A stretch of 64,000 nt of DNA. It comes from an uncultured virus (IMG/VR IMGVR_UViG_3300011445_000001) (lineage: Duplodnaviria > Heunggongvirae > Uroviricota > Caudoviricetes). Location: IMG/VR virus record IMGVR_UViG_3300011445_000001; one strand, written 5' to 3'. The translations under genes and the position numbers were made by a program. Below are positions 55,806 to 63,847 of the stretch, piece by piece; within the stretch, counting starts at the first letter, position 1, and every line of letters starts with the position of its first letter. The notes below the pieces were generated by a model. It was not told where the DNA came from. It ran no database searches and was given only the letters and a program-made list of their open reading frames with translations.

Positions 55806-56194
55806 TGCGCGACTACGATTGGCAGGTTACAGTTCTCGCCGAGCGGGTACCCCGGGGTCAGGTCGAGTGTCAGATTGGTGCCCGGCGCCAGCCACACGCC
55901 AACGAGGCAAGGGTCGGTGGGGTGGTGTCGCATATTCACCACTTGTGGCTGATCACAGGGCGAAAGCTCGGTGGTCGTGAAATACTGAATCTGGTGGGCC
56001 GTATTGCCAACCAACCGCCAATTGCATGGTTCTGCCTCAGGAGGTGGTGCGGCCGAGGTGGTCGGCTCGGTCATCGACCTGTGGTGGTCTACAGGGCTCA
56101 CGGAGTTCGAACAGCCGGTCGGTCCGGCGCTGATAAGCAGCAAGAGGACCAAAATCAGCACAAACAGGGCGATCATCTTCACGTATTTGGACAT
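55802..56194 (-). CDS. putative lipoprotein
   Basis: Signal peptide followed by TG-CSN. Confidence 0.55.
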   Translation of the reverse strand: MSKYVKMIALFVLILVLLLLISAGPTGCSNSVSPVDHHRSMTEPTTSAAPPPEAEPCNWRLVGNTAHQIQYFTTTELSPCDQPQVVNMRHHPTDPCLVGVWLAPGTNLTLDLTPGYPLGENCNLPIVVAQ

Positions 56195-56242
56195 TAGTTC
56201 TTTCTCCTTGTTGGCACACGTACACCCCTCTGGGCCAAACGC

Positions 56243-56545
56243 TTAACTGGGCGGCTTCTGGACGGCCCCAAGGGCCCGAATCAGGGCAAGCTTCCGCTGC
56301 AAGCGCCACTTCTTGGCCCGTCGTCGGGCCTTTTCCTTAGCAACAGCCCCTTGCCGGTAGATGCGGGCATTCTCCGCTCTGCACTCTAAGCATACCGAAT
56401 TGCGCTGATCCTTATAGCGGGCGTCCATGCCGAAGGCCGAGAGGGGCTTTCGGGTCCGGCAATGTGGGCATGGCTTAGATTGCCCCTCCTGCTGCTGGTC
56501 CAAAAGCCTGCGCATCTCGAGATTAATTCTCTGAGATTGGTTCAT
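56243..56545 (-). CDS. Zn-ribbon basic protein
   Basis: CPHC...KPLSAF...CLEC; similar finger to 8749-9222. Confidence 0.55.
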   Translation of the reverse strand: MNQSQRINLEMRRLLDQQQEGQSKPCPHCRTRKPLSAFGMDARYKDQRNSVCLECRAENARIYRQGAVAKEKARRRAKKWRLQRKLALIRALGAVQKPPS

Positions 56546-56559
56546 GGCCGGGAATTCCC

Positions 56560-56578
56560 GTGCGTGTGGTAGCGCGAC
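56560..56578 (-). repeat. 19-bp dispersed repeat, copy 2
   Basis: Identical to 24864-24882. Confidence 0.75.
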
Positions 56579-56583
56579 TCGGT

Positions 56584-57300
56584 TCACAAGCCCTCGTCCG
56601 GCTTATCAACAATCAGCCGCCGTGGGCGTTTAGTCCCCGGGTGCCAAGAGCGCTGCTTGGACCCGGCGTGATCGATGAGACTGGTGGTGGTCGAGGCGCA
56701 CCAGAACCCCTCATGGTGGATGCGGCGCATGACGGCACCCTCGACGTCGCCTATAAGTCTATCGGTTGGGAAGGGATGGCCGAATCGCATAGCATCATCG
56801 AACCGCATCAGAAGGCAGCACCCCGGCACGAAGGGTCGAACCCCGCCCTCGACCACCTGAAGCGGGCCCGCATCAAACACCCGGGCCTCCTCTTGCGAGG
56901 AGTGCCTAAATCCCGATAGAGCTCTTAAACCGGTCGGGTAGAATCGCTCGAGAGTGGCGACCATGGTGGACTCCCACTCATGCGAGAAGGTGAGATCGTC
57001 ATCGCACAGCAAGACGTAATCGGGCGGACAACCAGCAGGAACCACATAGCAAGCCTCAGTCAGGAAAGATAGGCCCACGTTCCACGCGTAGCCCTTACCG
57101 TAGTTGTCATCGAGGAGGATGGCGGTCAACGGGAGGGTCTCAAGGTACTTTCGGGCGGTGGAGGTTCGAACCCCCTGCTCGACCACCACCAGCGGACCCG
57201 CAAACTCCGAATCAAAGAGGGAGGTCAGAGTAGCCCGAAGAAGGGCCGCCCGCCCCATGCTGGCCATTACAACGCCGACGGTACCGTCTTTAGGCGGCAT
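56584..57300 (-). CDS. GT2 (GT-A) glycosyltransferase, paralog of 27793-28485
   Basis: NYGKGYAWNVGL, LCDDD, LRALSGFRH, PGCCLL, IDHAG. Confidence 0.8.
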   Translation of the reverse strand: MPPKDGTVGVVMASMGRAALLRATLTSLFDSEFAGPLVVVEQGVRTSTARKYLETLPLTAILLDDNYGKGYAWNVGLSFLTEACYVVPAGCPPDYVLLCDDDLTFSHEWESTMVATLERFYPTGLRALSGFRHSSQEEARVFDAGPLQVVEGGVRPFVPGCCLLMRFDDAMRFGHPFPTDRLIGDVEGAVMRRIHHEGFWCASTTTSLIDHAGSKQRSWHPGTKRPRRLIVDKPDEGL

Positions 57301-57360
57301 CTCGGTGCCCTTTCAGACCGGCGCGCGCGACGTCGCGGCTTTTTGGCCGCCCCTTGTGGC

Positions 57361-57383
57361 AACAAAAGGCGCCCCCGGGCGCC
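57361..57383 (-). terminator. intrinsic terminator after endolysin
   Basis: GGCGCCC/GGGCGCC stem plus TTTTGTT on the minus strand. Confidence 0.55.
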
Positions 57384-57386
57384 GCC

Positions 57387-57950
57387 TTAGCCAATTTGAA
57401 TTCTCTTCAGCCAGCCTCGGGCGAAGGCCTCTTGGGTTGGGTTGGCCCGCATGATATCGAGGTAGAACGCGCCGCGCAGCACGACAACCACCTTCTCGAT
57501 CAGCTCGTAGTCCTCTTTCCGCTCAAGGAGCTGGGCGCGGGTAACAGGTCCAAAGAGCCCGTCCACCTTCAGGTCGGGGTAGAGGGTCTGGTTACGGTTC
57601 AACACATTCAGGGCCTCCTGCAAGAACTTAATGGCCCTTCCGTTGCCCATATTAACCGCGATATCGAACAACTCGTCGGCAAGCGGCTGGTGGTCTATCT
57701 CATCGAGACTCATCAAATCCCAGATCACCTTGTAGAAGGACTCAACATGAAAGCGCAAGTCGATTCCTACTTGGATCCAATCAACATCACCCTTCGTTGC
57801 CGCCCGGTCAAGGTACGCCCACCCCGACCACTCCGGAAAGTGAACGCGCGAGATGCCCTTGTAGGTTTCGCCGCCCTTGTCGTTGGGGTGGTTCGAGTAG
57901 CCGCCCTCGTACTGAAGCGTCTTGGTCAGTGCAACCGAGAACATCACCAT
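57387..57950 (-). CDS. endolysin, glycoside hydrolase family 108 with PG-binding domain
   Basis: EGGYSNHPNDKGGETYKGI, FDIAVNMG, VDGLFGPVT, FARGWLKR. Confidence 0.92.
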   Translation of the reverse strand: MVMFSVALTKTLQYEGGYSNHPNDKGGETYKGISRVHFPEWSGWAYLDRAATKGDVDWIQVGIDLRFHVESFYKVIWDLMSLDEIDHQPLADELFDIAVNMGNGRAIKFLQEALNVLNRNQTLYPDLKVDGLFGPVTRAQLLERKEDYELIEKVVVVLRGAFYLDIMRANPTQEAFARGWLKRIQIG

Positions 57951-57962
57951 GGTTAAGTCCTT

Positions 57963-58433
57963 TCAGCCCACAAGCGTGACGGAGGCCACCCCATTCGGGA
58001 TGCGATTTTGGAGCTTCTCGTACGCCGCTTGTAGAGACGGGTCCGGGTAGGTCCAGCCGTCACGGTAATACACCTTGACGATTCCGGCTTGTATCAGCTC
58101 CTTCGTGCAGCCAAAGCAGGGGCGCATCGTACAGAACATCTCGCCACCCTCGACGGCAATACCAAACCGAGCCGCAGATAGGAGGGCGTTCTGCTCGGCG
58201 TGCACACAAACACAAATGTCGTAATTCGTACCGGATAGGTACTTCACGCTATCTGCGCACCGATCGCAACCACCGTCAAGGCAGTTGGTCATGTTCGAAG
58301 GTGTGCCATTGTATCCAGTCGAGACCACGCGATTGCCAACCACGATAACGGCCCCGACGCGGCGGCCCAGACAATTAGCCTTGGTCCCAACCGCCACCGC
58401 AATCCCCATGAAGTACAAGTCACGATTCTGCAT
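57963..58433 (-). CDS. dCMP deaminase family
   Basis: VGAVIV, TGYNG, HAEQNA, PCFGC. Confidence 0.9.
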   Translation of the reverse strand: MQNRDLYFMGIAVAVGTKANCLGRRVGAVIVVGNRVVSTGYNGTPSNMTNCLDGGCDRCADSVKYLSGTNYDICVCVHAEQNALLSAARFGIAVEGGEMFCTMRPCFGCTKELIQAGIVKVYYRDGWTYPDPSLQAAYEKLQNRIPNGVASVTLVG

Positions 58434-58704
58434 CGCGGCCCTTCTGCTCTTCCTTAGCGACCATCAGCTTCATCTCCTCGGCCCTATCAAATACCATCAG
58501 CATCTTGTGGCAATTAGAGCATTCGGCGTTCGGCTCAAGGGCAATCGGACTTGGGCAAACCAAAATCGCCACAAAATCGCACGCAATGCAGTGGGCCTTG
58601 CCCACCAGCCAAAGCGGCTCGCCGGATTCTAACATCCGCTCGGCCATACGCTTGGCCCATTCTTCGTCTAACTCATCGGCCACGAGACAGATCCTCAATC
58701 TCAT
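58420..58704 (-). CDS. hypothetical Zn-ribbon protein
   Basis: CIAC...CSNC. Confidence 0.5.
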   Translation of the reverse strand: MRLRICLVADELDEEWAKRMAERMLESGEPLWLVGKAHCIACDFVAILVCPSPIALEPNAECSNCHKMLMVFDRAEEMKLMVAKEEQKGRDAES

Positions 58705-59983
58705 GTAGCCGCTCGAGAGTGCGTCGAGACTCCCACTGCCCGGGGGTGCTGTAGTACAGACTTTCTAAGTCGATGTTGTGCTTTGCACACACCTGTTCAG
58801 CAAGCCTCTTAATGCGAGCCCGCCAAATAGCCACAGCCCCGCGCGAGGATTGAAATCTCGCAGCAATCTCCTTCGATTCGTACCCCAGATAGAACAGGGC
58901 GTTCACCGCCGTCAAGCTTTTGATGGTGCCTCTATGGTCTCGCCATGGCTTGGTTTGCTCTAGCTCTGCCTGCAGGAGCGTAAGGAACCGCTCAAGGGGC
59001 GAAGACACCACATCACCATTATCGCAAAGCTTACTGACCTCGGGGTGCAGGAACTCCTCGCCGTCGTTGCCTGTGAAGAACAGGGGCTCGGCTTGTGACA
59101 GAACATTGCGGACCGGGCGCTCCCTCTCGTCGCGACAAGCCCGACAGACCCTACAGTCGACGCACACCTTCCGGTTCTTGCACTGCTTACACAGAGTGAA
59201 CTGGTAAGAGTCGTCACACGTCAAACACGCCGGAGCCTTGGCGGGCTTATGGCCCACGCAATCGGGGCAGTGATTGCACGCCTTACATACTCGACACATG
59301 GAATTGGGCCGTGCCGGGCTACAAGACTTACATTTCTCACAGAAGCCGGGCGTCAGACACCCCCCATGGATGGCGCACCTCGAACATTCCTTGGTGCGGC
59401 CGTTATCGCGAAGATGGTTGAGGCAGACGGTGCGGATGACTCCAAACACGTGGGTGGTGAAAGAAGCGCCCACCGGACTGGGTAAAGCGCATATACACTC
59501 CTCGATAACGCGGAACTTGATCATACGAACGTAGACGTTCTGCTCTAAATCGTCTATTAGGCTTGAGTCCCGCACCCCGAAGTTCTTGATGGCAGCACGA
59601 ACCCGATCCTTCCACGTCCGATAGAAGGTGTCCATGTCCATGGCGTGATCACACTTACACCGCTTACGGGCATCGCTTTTCTTGACAAACTGCGGCGTCT
59701 TCTCGCCGTGCTTGGGCGTCGGGGGCGTAGAGCCGAGGAAGGTGGCCGTATCGGGGAAGCGCCCCCGATGCGCCTTGCTGATCTTGCCAACACCATAAAC
59801 AAACGCCGTCCGAACTTCATCGGTATCCAACATCCGGAATGTGTAGGACTCTCGTTCTTCTGCTGGGCAATCCTTCAACACGCCCTCAAGGTCGGCCGAG
59901 AGGTAAAGTGAGAAGGCCTCTCCGTTGACAATGATGTAATCCTCGGGGCTGGTCTGTAGCTTAGAGATTAGGGACTTTTTCAT
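58673..59983 (-). CDS. ECF-like sigma70-family factor with Cys-rich insertion
   Basis: Region 2 DDLEQNVYVRM...SFTTHVFGVIRTVCLNHLR; region 4 LGYESKEIAARFQSSRGAV...RAR; 19-Cys insert between them. Confidence 0.7.
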   Translation of the reverse strand: MKKSLISKLQTSPEDYIIVNGEAFSLYLSADLEGVLKDCPAEERESYTFRMLDTDEVRTAFVYGVGKISKAHRGRFPDTATFLGSTPPTPKHGEKTPQFVKKSDARKRCKCDHAMDMDTFYRTWKDRVRAAIKNFGVRDSSLIDDLEQNVYVRMIKFRVIEECICALPSPVGASFTTHVFGVIRTVCLNHLRDNGRTKECSRCAIHGGCLTPGFCEKCKSCSPARPNSMCRVCKACNHCPDCVGHKPAKAPACLTCDDSYQFTLCKQCKNRKVCVDCRVCRACRDERERPVRNVLSQAEPLFFTGNDGEEFLHPEVSKLCDNGDVVSSPLERFLTLLQAELEQTKPWRDHRGTIKSLTAVNALFYLGYESKEIAARFQSSRGAVAIWRARIKRLAEQVCAKHNIDLESLYYSTPGQWESRRTLERLHEIEDLSRGR

Positions 59984-60443
59984 TCAACTCCTGAAGAACT
60001 TCGAAGGCGTGGTACTTCTTCCACAACTCCGAGTCATCGTAGAAGGGATAGCGCCGAGCCATTCGCAGGAAGACGGCATCGTGCGGATTGATTAGGTCGA
60101 ACCCACGGTGCAGGTGAATTAACTCCTCCAACAGCGTCGAGTAGACGACCTCGGTTGGTACCATCGGTAGAAATAGGGCAAGGTTGATGCGCAGCACCGG
60201 AGGTAAGTCATAAGCCGCCCGCCCGGGCAAGTGGATCTGCCTCCGCTTAACCTCGGCCCAACACAGTTCCTTATCTCCCGGCTTAGAGGCGAACAGATCG
60301 ACCACGAACTCCGGCGTTGGGTGGTTGCAGACCTCCACGAAGATAGCACAAGCATCGGAGATCAGCCCAACAGAACCCGGGCGGATCGCATGCAAGACAT
60401 GCCTGTGCCGCAGAAACATCCGCAGCCCGTCATCACCGGGCAT
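59961..60443 (-). CDS. SprT-like zincin-fold protein with EELIH in place of HExxH
   Basis: LRINL...STLLEELIHL...PHDAVF. Confidence 0.5.
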   Translation of the reverse strand: MPGDDGLRMFLRHRHVLHAIRPGSVGLISDACAIFVEVCNHPTPEFVVDLFASKPGDKELCWAEVKRRQIHLPGRAAYDLPPVLRINLALFLPMVPTEVVYSTLLEELIHLHRGFDLINPHDAVFLRMARRYPFYDDSELWKKYHAFEVLQELNEKVPNL

Positions 60444-60444
60444 A

Positions 60445-60891
60445 CTAGCCCTCAATGTCATTTGGGGCATCAGCCTCGTTGTACTGCTCCGGCTTGGGCG
60501 CTGAAGCGTCAGACATGGAGTTCTGTATTTCCTCGATCTCCTTGTTGATGTGGGCACGCTGCTCAGCATCAACCCCCTCACTGGCCAAGACCTCCTGCAG
60601 GAATTTAACGCGATCCCGTTTGATCTCGTCTCGGATCTCGATGATATTGGGGATGGTCGCACCGAGGGCCGCAGCCAAGTGCTTGAACATGTAGACAAAC
60701 TCCAAGTGCGCCACTTGAAGATGCGCGATCTGCTGCTGGGTCACGTGCTCCATATGCGCCAGCTGGTTCATGCCCGTCGCCATCTTCGGCGTGATGGCCC
60801 ATACCTGCTCAATCATGGAGGGGATGGGAGGAAGAATGGAGGTGGGGGCGGGAGCCGCTTGCTGTCCCGGGATTTGAATTTTAGTGCTCAC
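60445..60891 (-). CDS. hypothetical protein
   Basis: Packed ORF, helical. Confidence 0.55.
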   Translation of the reverse strand: MSTKIQIPGQQAAPAPTSILPPIPSMIEQVWAITPKMATGMNQLAHMEHVTQQQIAHLQVAHLEFVYMFKHLAAALGATIPNIIEIRDEIKRDRVKFLQEVLASEGVDAEQRAHINKEIEEIQNSMSDASAPKPEQYNEADAPNDIEG

Positions 60892-61522
60892 GTGGGGTTT
60901 CTCGTTTCTTGATGGTGGTTGGTCCGTCGTTCTTCTTTTCCACTTGATATACCGTGTTAGCGAAGGCCAGCAACTCCTCCGAATGCGTAATGAGCAAGAT
61001 GGTAATTCCCAGCTTCTCGGTCAGGAAGTGCAGGAAGTCGCCCACTTTCTCGAGATGCTCCCGGCCAACTTCGGCGAAGGCCTCATCAAGCACCAAGAAC
61101 CGCTGCATGTCCTTCCGCTTCTGAAGGATTAACACAAGAATGGTCAGCACGGAGATGATGTCCACGTAGCCGCCACCGCGACTGTCCATGATGTCGGTCT
61201 TAGTGTCCTTGCCCAGCCGCATGTAAGCATATACAGACCGAACCTTGGTTTCCATATCGATCGAGAAGGTATCTTGCTCGTCGAAAATCACGCGGAGGCC
61301 GTGGTTAACGATATTCTCCATCACCTGCTTAGATGACATCTCACAGATCTCGGCCACTTTCTTCAAAAGCTGGGTTGCCTCTCCGGCTGTTGCCTCGAGG
61401 GCGGACAGCCTCTCTAGAGTGGCTCCTAGCGTGGCGACTTCCGACAACAAGGCCGCCCGGCGCTTCTGTAGCATGCCGAAGGTGGTTTGAAGGGCCACCA
61501 ACCGCTCTAGGTGGGTGGGCAT
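60881..61522 (-). CDS. SbcC/Rad50-like ABC ATPase, C-terminal half
   Basis: Coiled coil, SRGGG signature, LVLDE Walker B, LITH. Confidence 0.85.
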   Translation of the reverse strand: MPTHLERLVALQTTFGMLQKRRAALLSEVATLGATLERLSALEATAGEATQLLKKVAEICEMSSKQVMENIVNHGLRVIFDEQDTFSIDMETKVRSVYAYMRLGKDTKTDIMDSRGGGYVDIISVLTILVLILQKRKDMQRFLVLDEAFAEVGREHLEKVGDFLHFLTEKLGITILLITHSEELLAFANTVYQVEKKNDGPTTIKKRETPREH

Positions 61523-61756
61523 TTACTTAATGGCGCCTAACTCGGATTCGGCCTTGGAGATCTGGGCCTCGAACTCGGTGATGCGCCTCTCAACTTCGGC
61601 CCGCAGAGCGTCCAAGTCCTGCTCGGTGTCGATGCCCAAAGCCTTCAGCTCGACTAGGGTTTCATCCAGCTGCTTCTGAGCGAGGTCCGCTTCCGCCTTA
61701 GCGGCGGCCCGCTTTTCCTTCAGCGAATCTAACCGGGCTAGTAAGTCTTGAGCCAT
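61523..61756 (-). CDS. small coiled-coil protein
   Basis: Heptad pattern, AAGGAG SD. Confidence 0.65.
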   Translation of the reverse strand: MAQDLLARLDSLKEKRAAAKAEADLAQKQLDETLVELKALGIDTEQDLDALRAEVERRITEFEAQISKAESELGAIK

Positions 61757-61784
61757 GTTGGTATCTCCTTAAGGGCAAACGAGG

Positions 61785-61800
61785 GCAAACCGCGTGCCCG
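61785..61800 (-). promoter_or_regulatory. possible sigma54-type -24/-12 promoter
   Basis: GGGCAC-GCGGT-TTGC in a short intergenic gap. Confidence 0.45.
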
Positions 61801-61802
61801 GG

Positions 61803-62747
61803 CTAAATGTCGATACTTCCGCCGTCAAGATAGGTCCGGGCCAGCTCTCGGACCGCGTCGGGCACGTCCAGCCCATCTAGGACCACCACAGGATCTGAAG
61901 ACGAAGTCACATGTGCAGAATCATCGAGCATCTCTACGAACGACTCGATCTGGGTGTCGTGTGCATCCCTGCGCTCCTTCTTCTCTAAATCAAACACCTG
62001 CGCCGAGGGCGCGACATCAAGAGCGAACTTCTTGTATTGAATGGCCTCATCGAACTTGAACAGCACCACGCACACTTCCCGGTCAAGGTTGTCCTTATGG
62101 AGGGTGCCGCGCATCAGCGCCCCGGGGTTGACGAACCAAATGCCATTAACCTTGGTGATCACCGTCGGGGTGTGGATGTGCCCAAAGGCCAACACGTCGA
62201 TCTGGGCGTCGATCTCGTTAAAGTTAATGGTCGGCTCATTCGGCAGCTGACCCTTCTCCATAAAGTTCTGATGGGCACACACAATCAGGTACTTCTCGTC
62301 GCCGCGTTGGTACCGGTGCAGGTCCTGCTTGGTGAAGGCCGGATCGAAGTCGTGCGCTACAATCCGCATGGAAGGATCAGCAAGGATAAGATCGCGCCTA
62401 ACAAACGGCTGAGCCAGTATAGTCCCAATAGGCTGAGACTCGACAAAATCAACGTTCCCATAAGGGACATCATGATTACCCACCACAACGACGATCTTGC
62501 AGCCATTCGCATCGACTTCCTTTAGCCAGTTAACGAACCGGTTCGTTAACCAATAGGGGTTCTTGGTCCACGACTTCAGATGGAAGATATCGCCGAGGAC
62601 TACAAGGACATCCACATCCAACCGCCGAATCAGGTCTGATACCTGCGCCAGCTTGGCGAAAGCGGCCTCGGCGTAATTGTCGGTGCGGGAACCTGGAGAT
62701 ACCGAGCTTAGGTGTAGATCCGCGAGAAAGAGGACTTTCTTGCTCAT
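61803..62747 (-). CDS. sbcD: SbcD/Mre11-like metallophosphoesterase nuclease
   Basis: ADLH, GDIF, GNHD, AH, GHIH, NPGALMR. Confidence 0.88.
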   Translation of the reverse strand: MSKKVLFLADLHLSSVSPGSRTDNYAEAAFAKLAQVSDLIRRLDVDVLVVLGDIFHLKSWTKNPYWLTNRFVNWLKEVDANGCKIVVVVGNHDVPYGNVDFVESQPIGTILAQPFVRRDLILADPSMRIVAHDFDPAFTKQDLHRYQRGDEKYLIVCAHQNFMEKGQLPNEPTINFNEIDAQIDVLAFGHIHTPTVITKVNGIWFVNPGALMRGTLHKDNLDREVCVVLFKFDEAIQYKKFALDVAPSAQVFDLEKKERRDAHDTQIESFVEMLDDSAHVTSSSDPVVVLDGLDVPDAVRELARTYLDGGSIDI

Positions 62748-63847
62748 TGTGGTTCCCCCGACTTGATCAGGCCCTGTCCGTCACAAGCCGGACATTCCAC
62801 AAACCCCTCCGCAGCCATCGACTCGTAGAGGGCCCGCAGATTCTCCTCGGCCGTTGCGTACCCCGCTCGGGAACGCAGCACCGCCGCAATTTGAAGGCGG
62901 GCGCGCGCGAGATCTTTATACTCCCCGAGATCGGGCAACCCAACAGATACGGCGGGGCGCCGGGAGTACTTCACAAAGGCGGCGCGGGCAGAGAGGTACG
63001 TGAAGATGTCTTGCTTGGTGGGTAGGTCGGTCACAGCCTTCACCTGAAGCGGGTTCAAGCGCAGGCGCAAGGCCCGCCACCGGCTTATCAGGCTCAGCGT
63101 CCCCAACTCTCGGGATACGTCGCCGGACTGGGGAATGGGGGTGTTCAAAGCATTCAGGCGTTCAGCTTTGGTGAACAGCGCTTGGCGCTGAACAACAAGG
63201 GCTTCGGCCCGGGCAAGCTTATCTTGGGCCTCTTTCACTGGGGCGTAGTTGATAGCAGCAATGGTAGAACCCACCAAGTCGAGGGCAGAGAGGGATTCCA
63301 ATTCCCTCCGCTTAGAGAGGACAAGCAACTCGATCTGCCCCCGCTTGGTGCGAATTTGGGCCGCATCACCTTGCAAAGCCTTGATGGCAGCGTAGACCTT
63401 CTCAGTCTGAACCAACGACCCCACCACCTTACCGAGGTCAGGGGCCGACAAGATAAGGGGCCAAGCCTTATCGAACTGCTTTCGGATCTGGGGCTTGACC
63501 GTGATGTCTTGCATCTCCAACTCATAGAACCCCAACGCCGCAATCTCTTCCGGTACGGCGCGGCCGACCTTGTCGAACTTTACCCCGTCGATAACATATC
63601 CGTTGACTGCGTCACCCTTAACCCACGAGATGCTGTGGTTGTCCCACTGGATGGTGACGGCTGCCGCCTTGGCGCCATTACGAACAATCCCGCGCGGGGC
63701 ATTTCCAAACAGCACGGCATCGATGGCCCGCACCACGGCCGACTTGCCAATCGAGGAGTGTGGTCCCCAGATGACTGTCAGGCCCGATACCTCAAGATTG
63801 GCGGACTCGATTGATTGGAAGTTGCGGATATTAATCTGGTATGTCAC
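62744..63847 (-). CDS. SbcC/Rad50-like ATPase, N-terminal half ending in CxxC hook
   Basis: IRNFQSI, GPHSSIGKS Walker A, Q-loop KQFD, C-terminal CPAC. Confidence 0.85.
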   Translation of the reverse strand: MTYQINIRNFQSIESANLEVSGLTVIWGPHSSIGKSAVVRAIDAVLFGNAPRGIVRNGAKAAAVTIQWDNHSISWVKGDAVNGYVIDGVKFDKVGRAVPEEIAALGFYELEMQDITVKPQIRKQFDKAWPLILSAPDLGKVVGSLVQTEKVYAAIKALQGDAAQIRTKRGQIELLVLSKRRELESLSALDLVGSTIAAINYAPVKEAQDKLARAEALVVQRQALFTKAERLNALNTPIPQSGDVSRELGTLSLISRWRALRLRLNPLQVKAVTDLPTKQDIFTYLSARAAFVKYSRRPAVSVGLPDLGEYKDLARARLQIAAVLRSRAGYATAEENLRALYESMAAEGFVECPACDGQGLIKSGEPQ

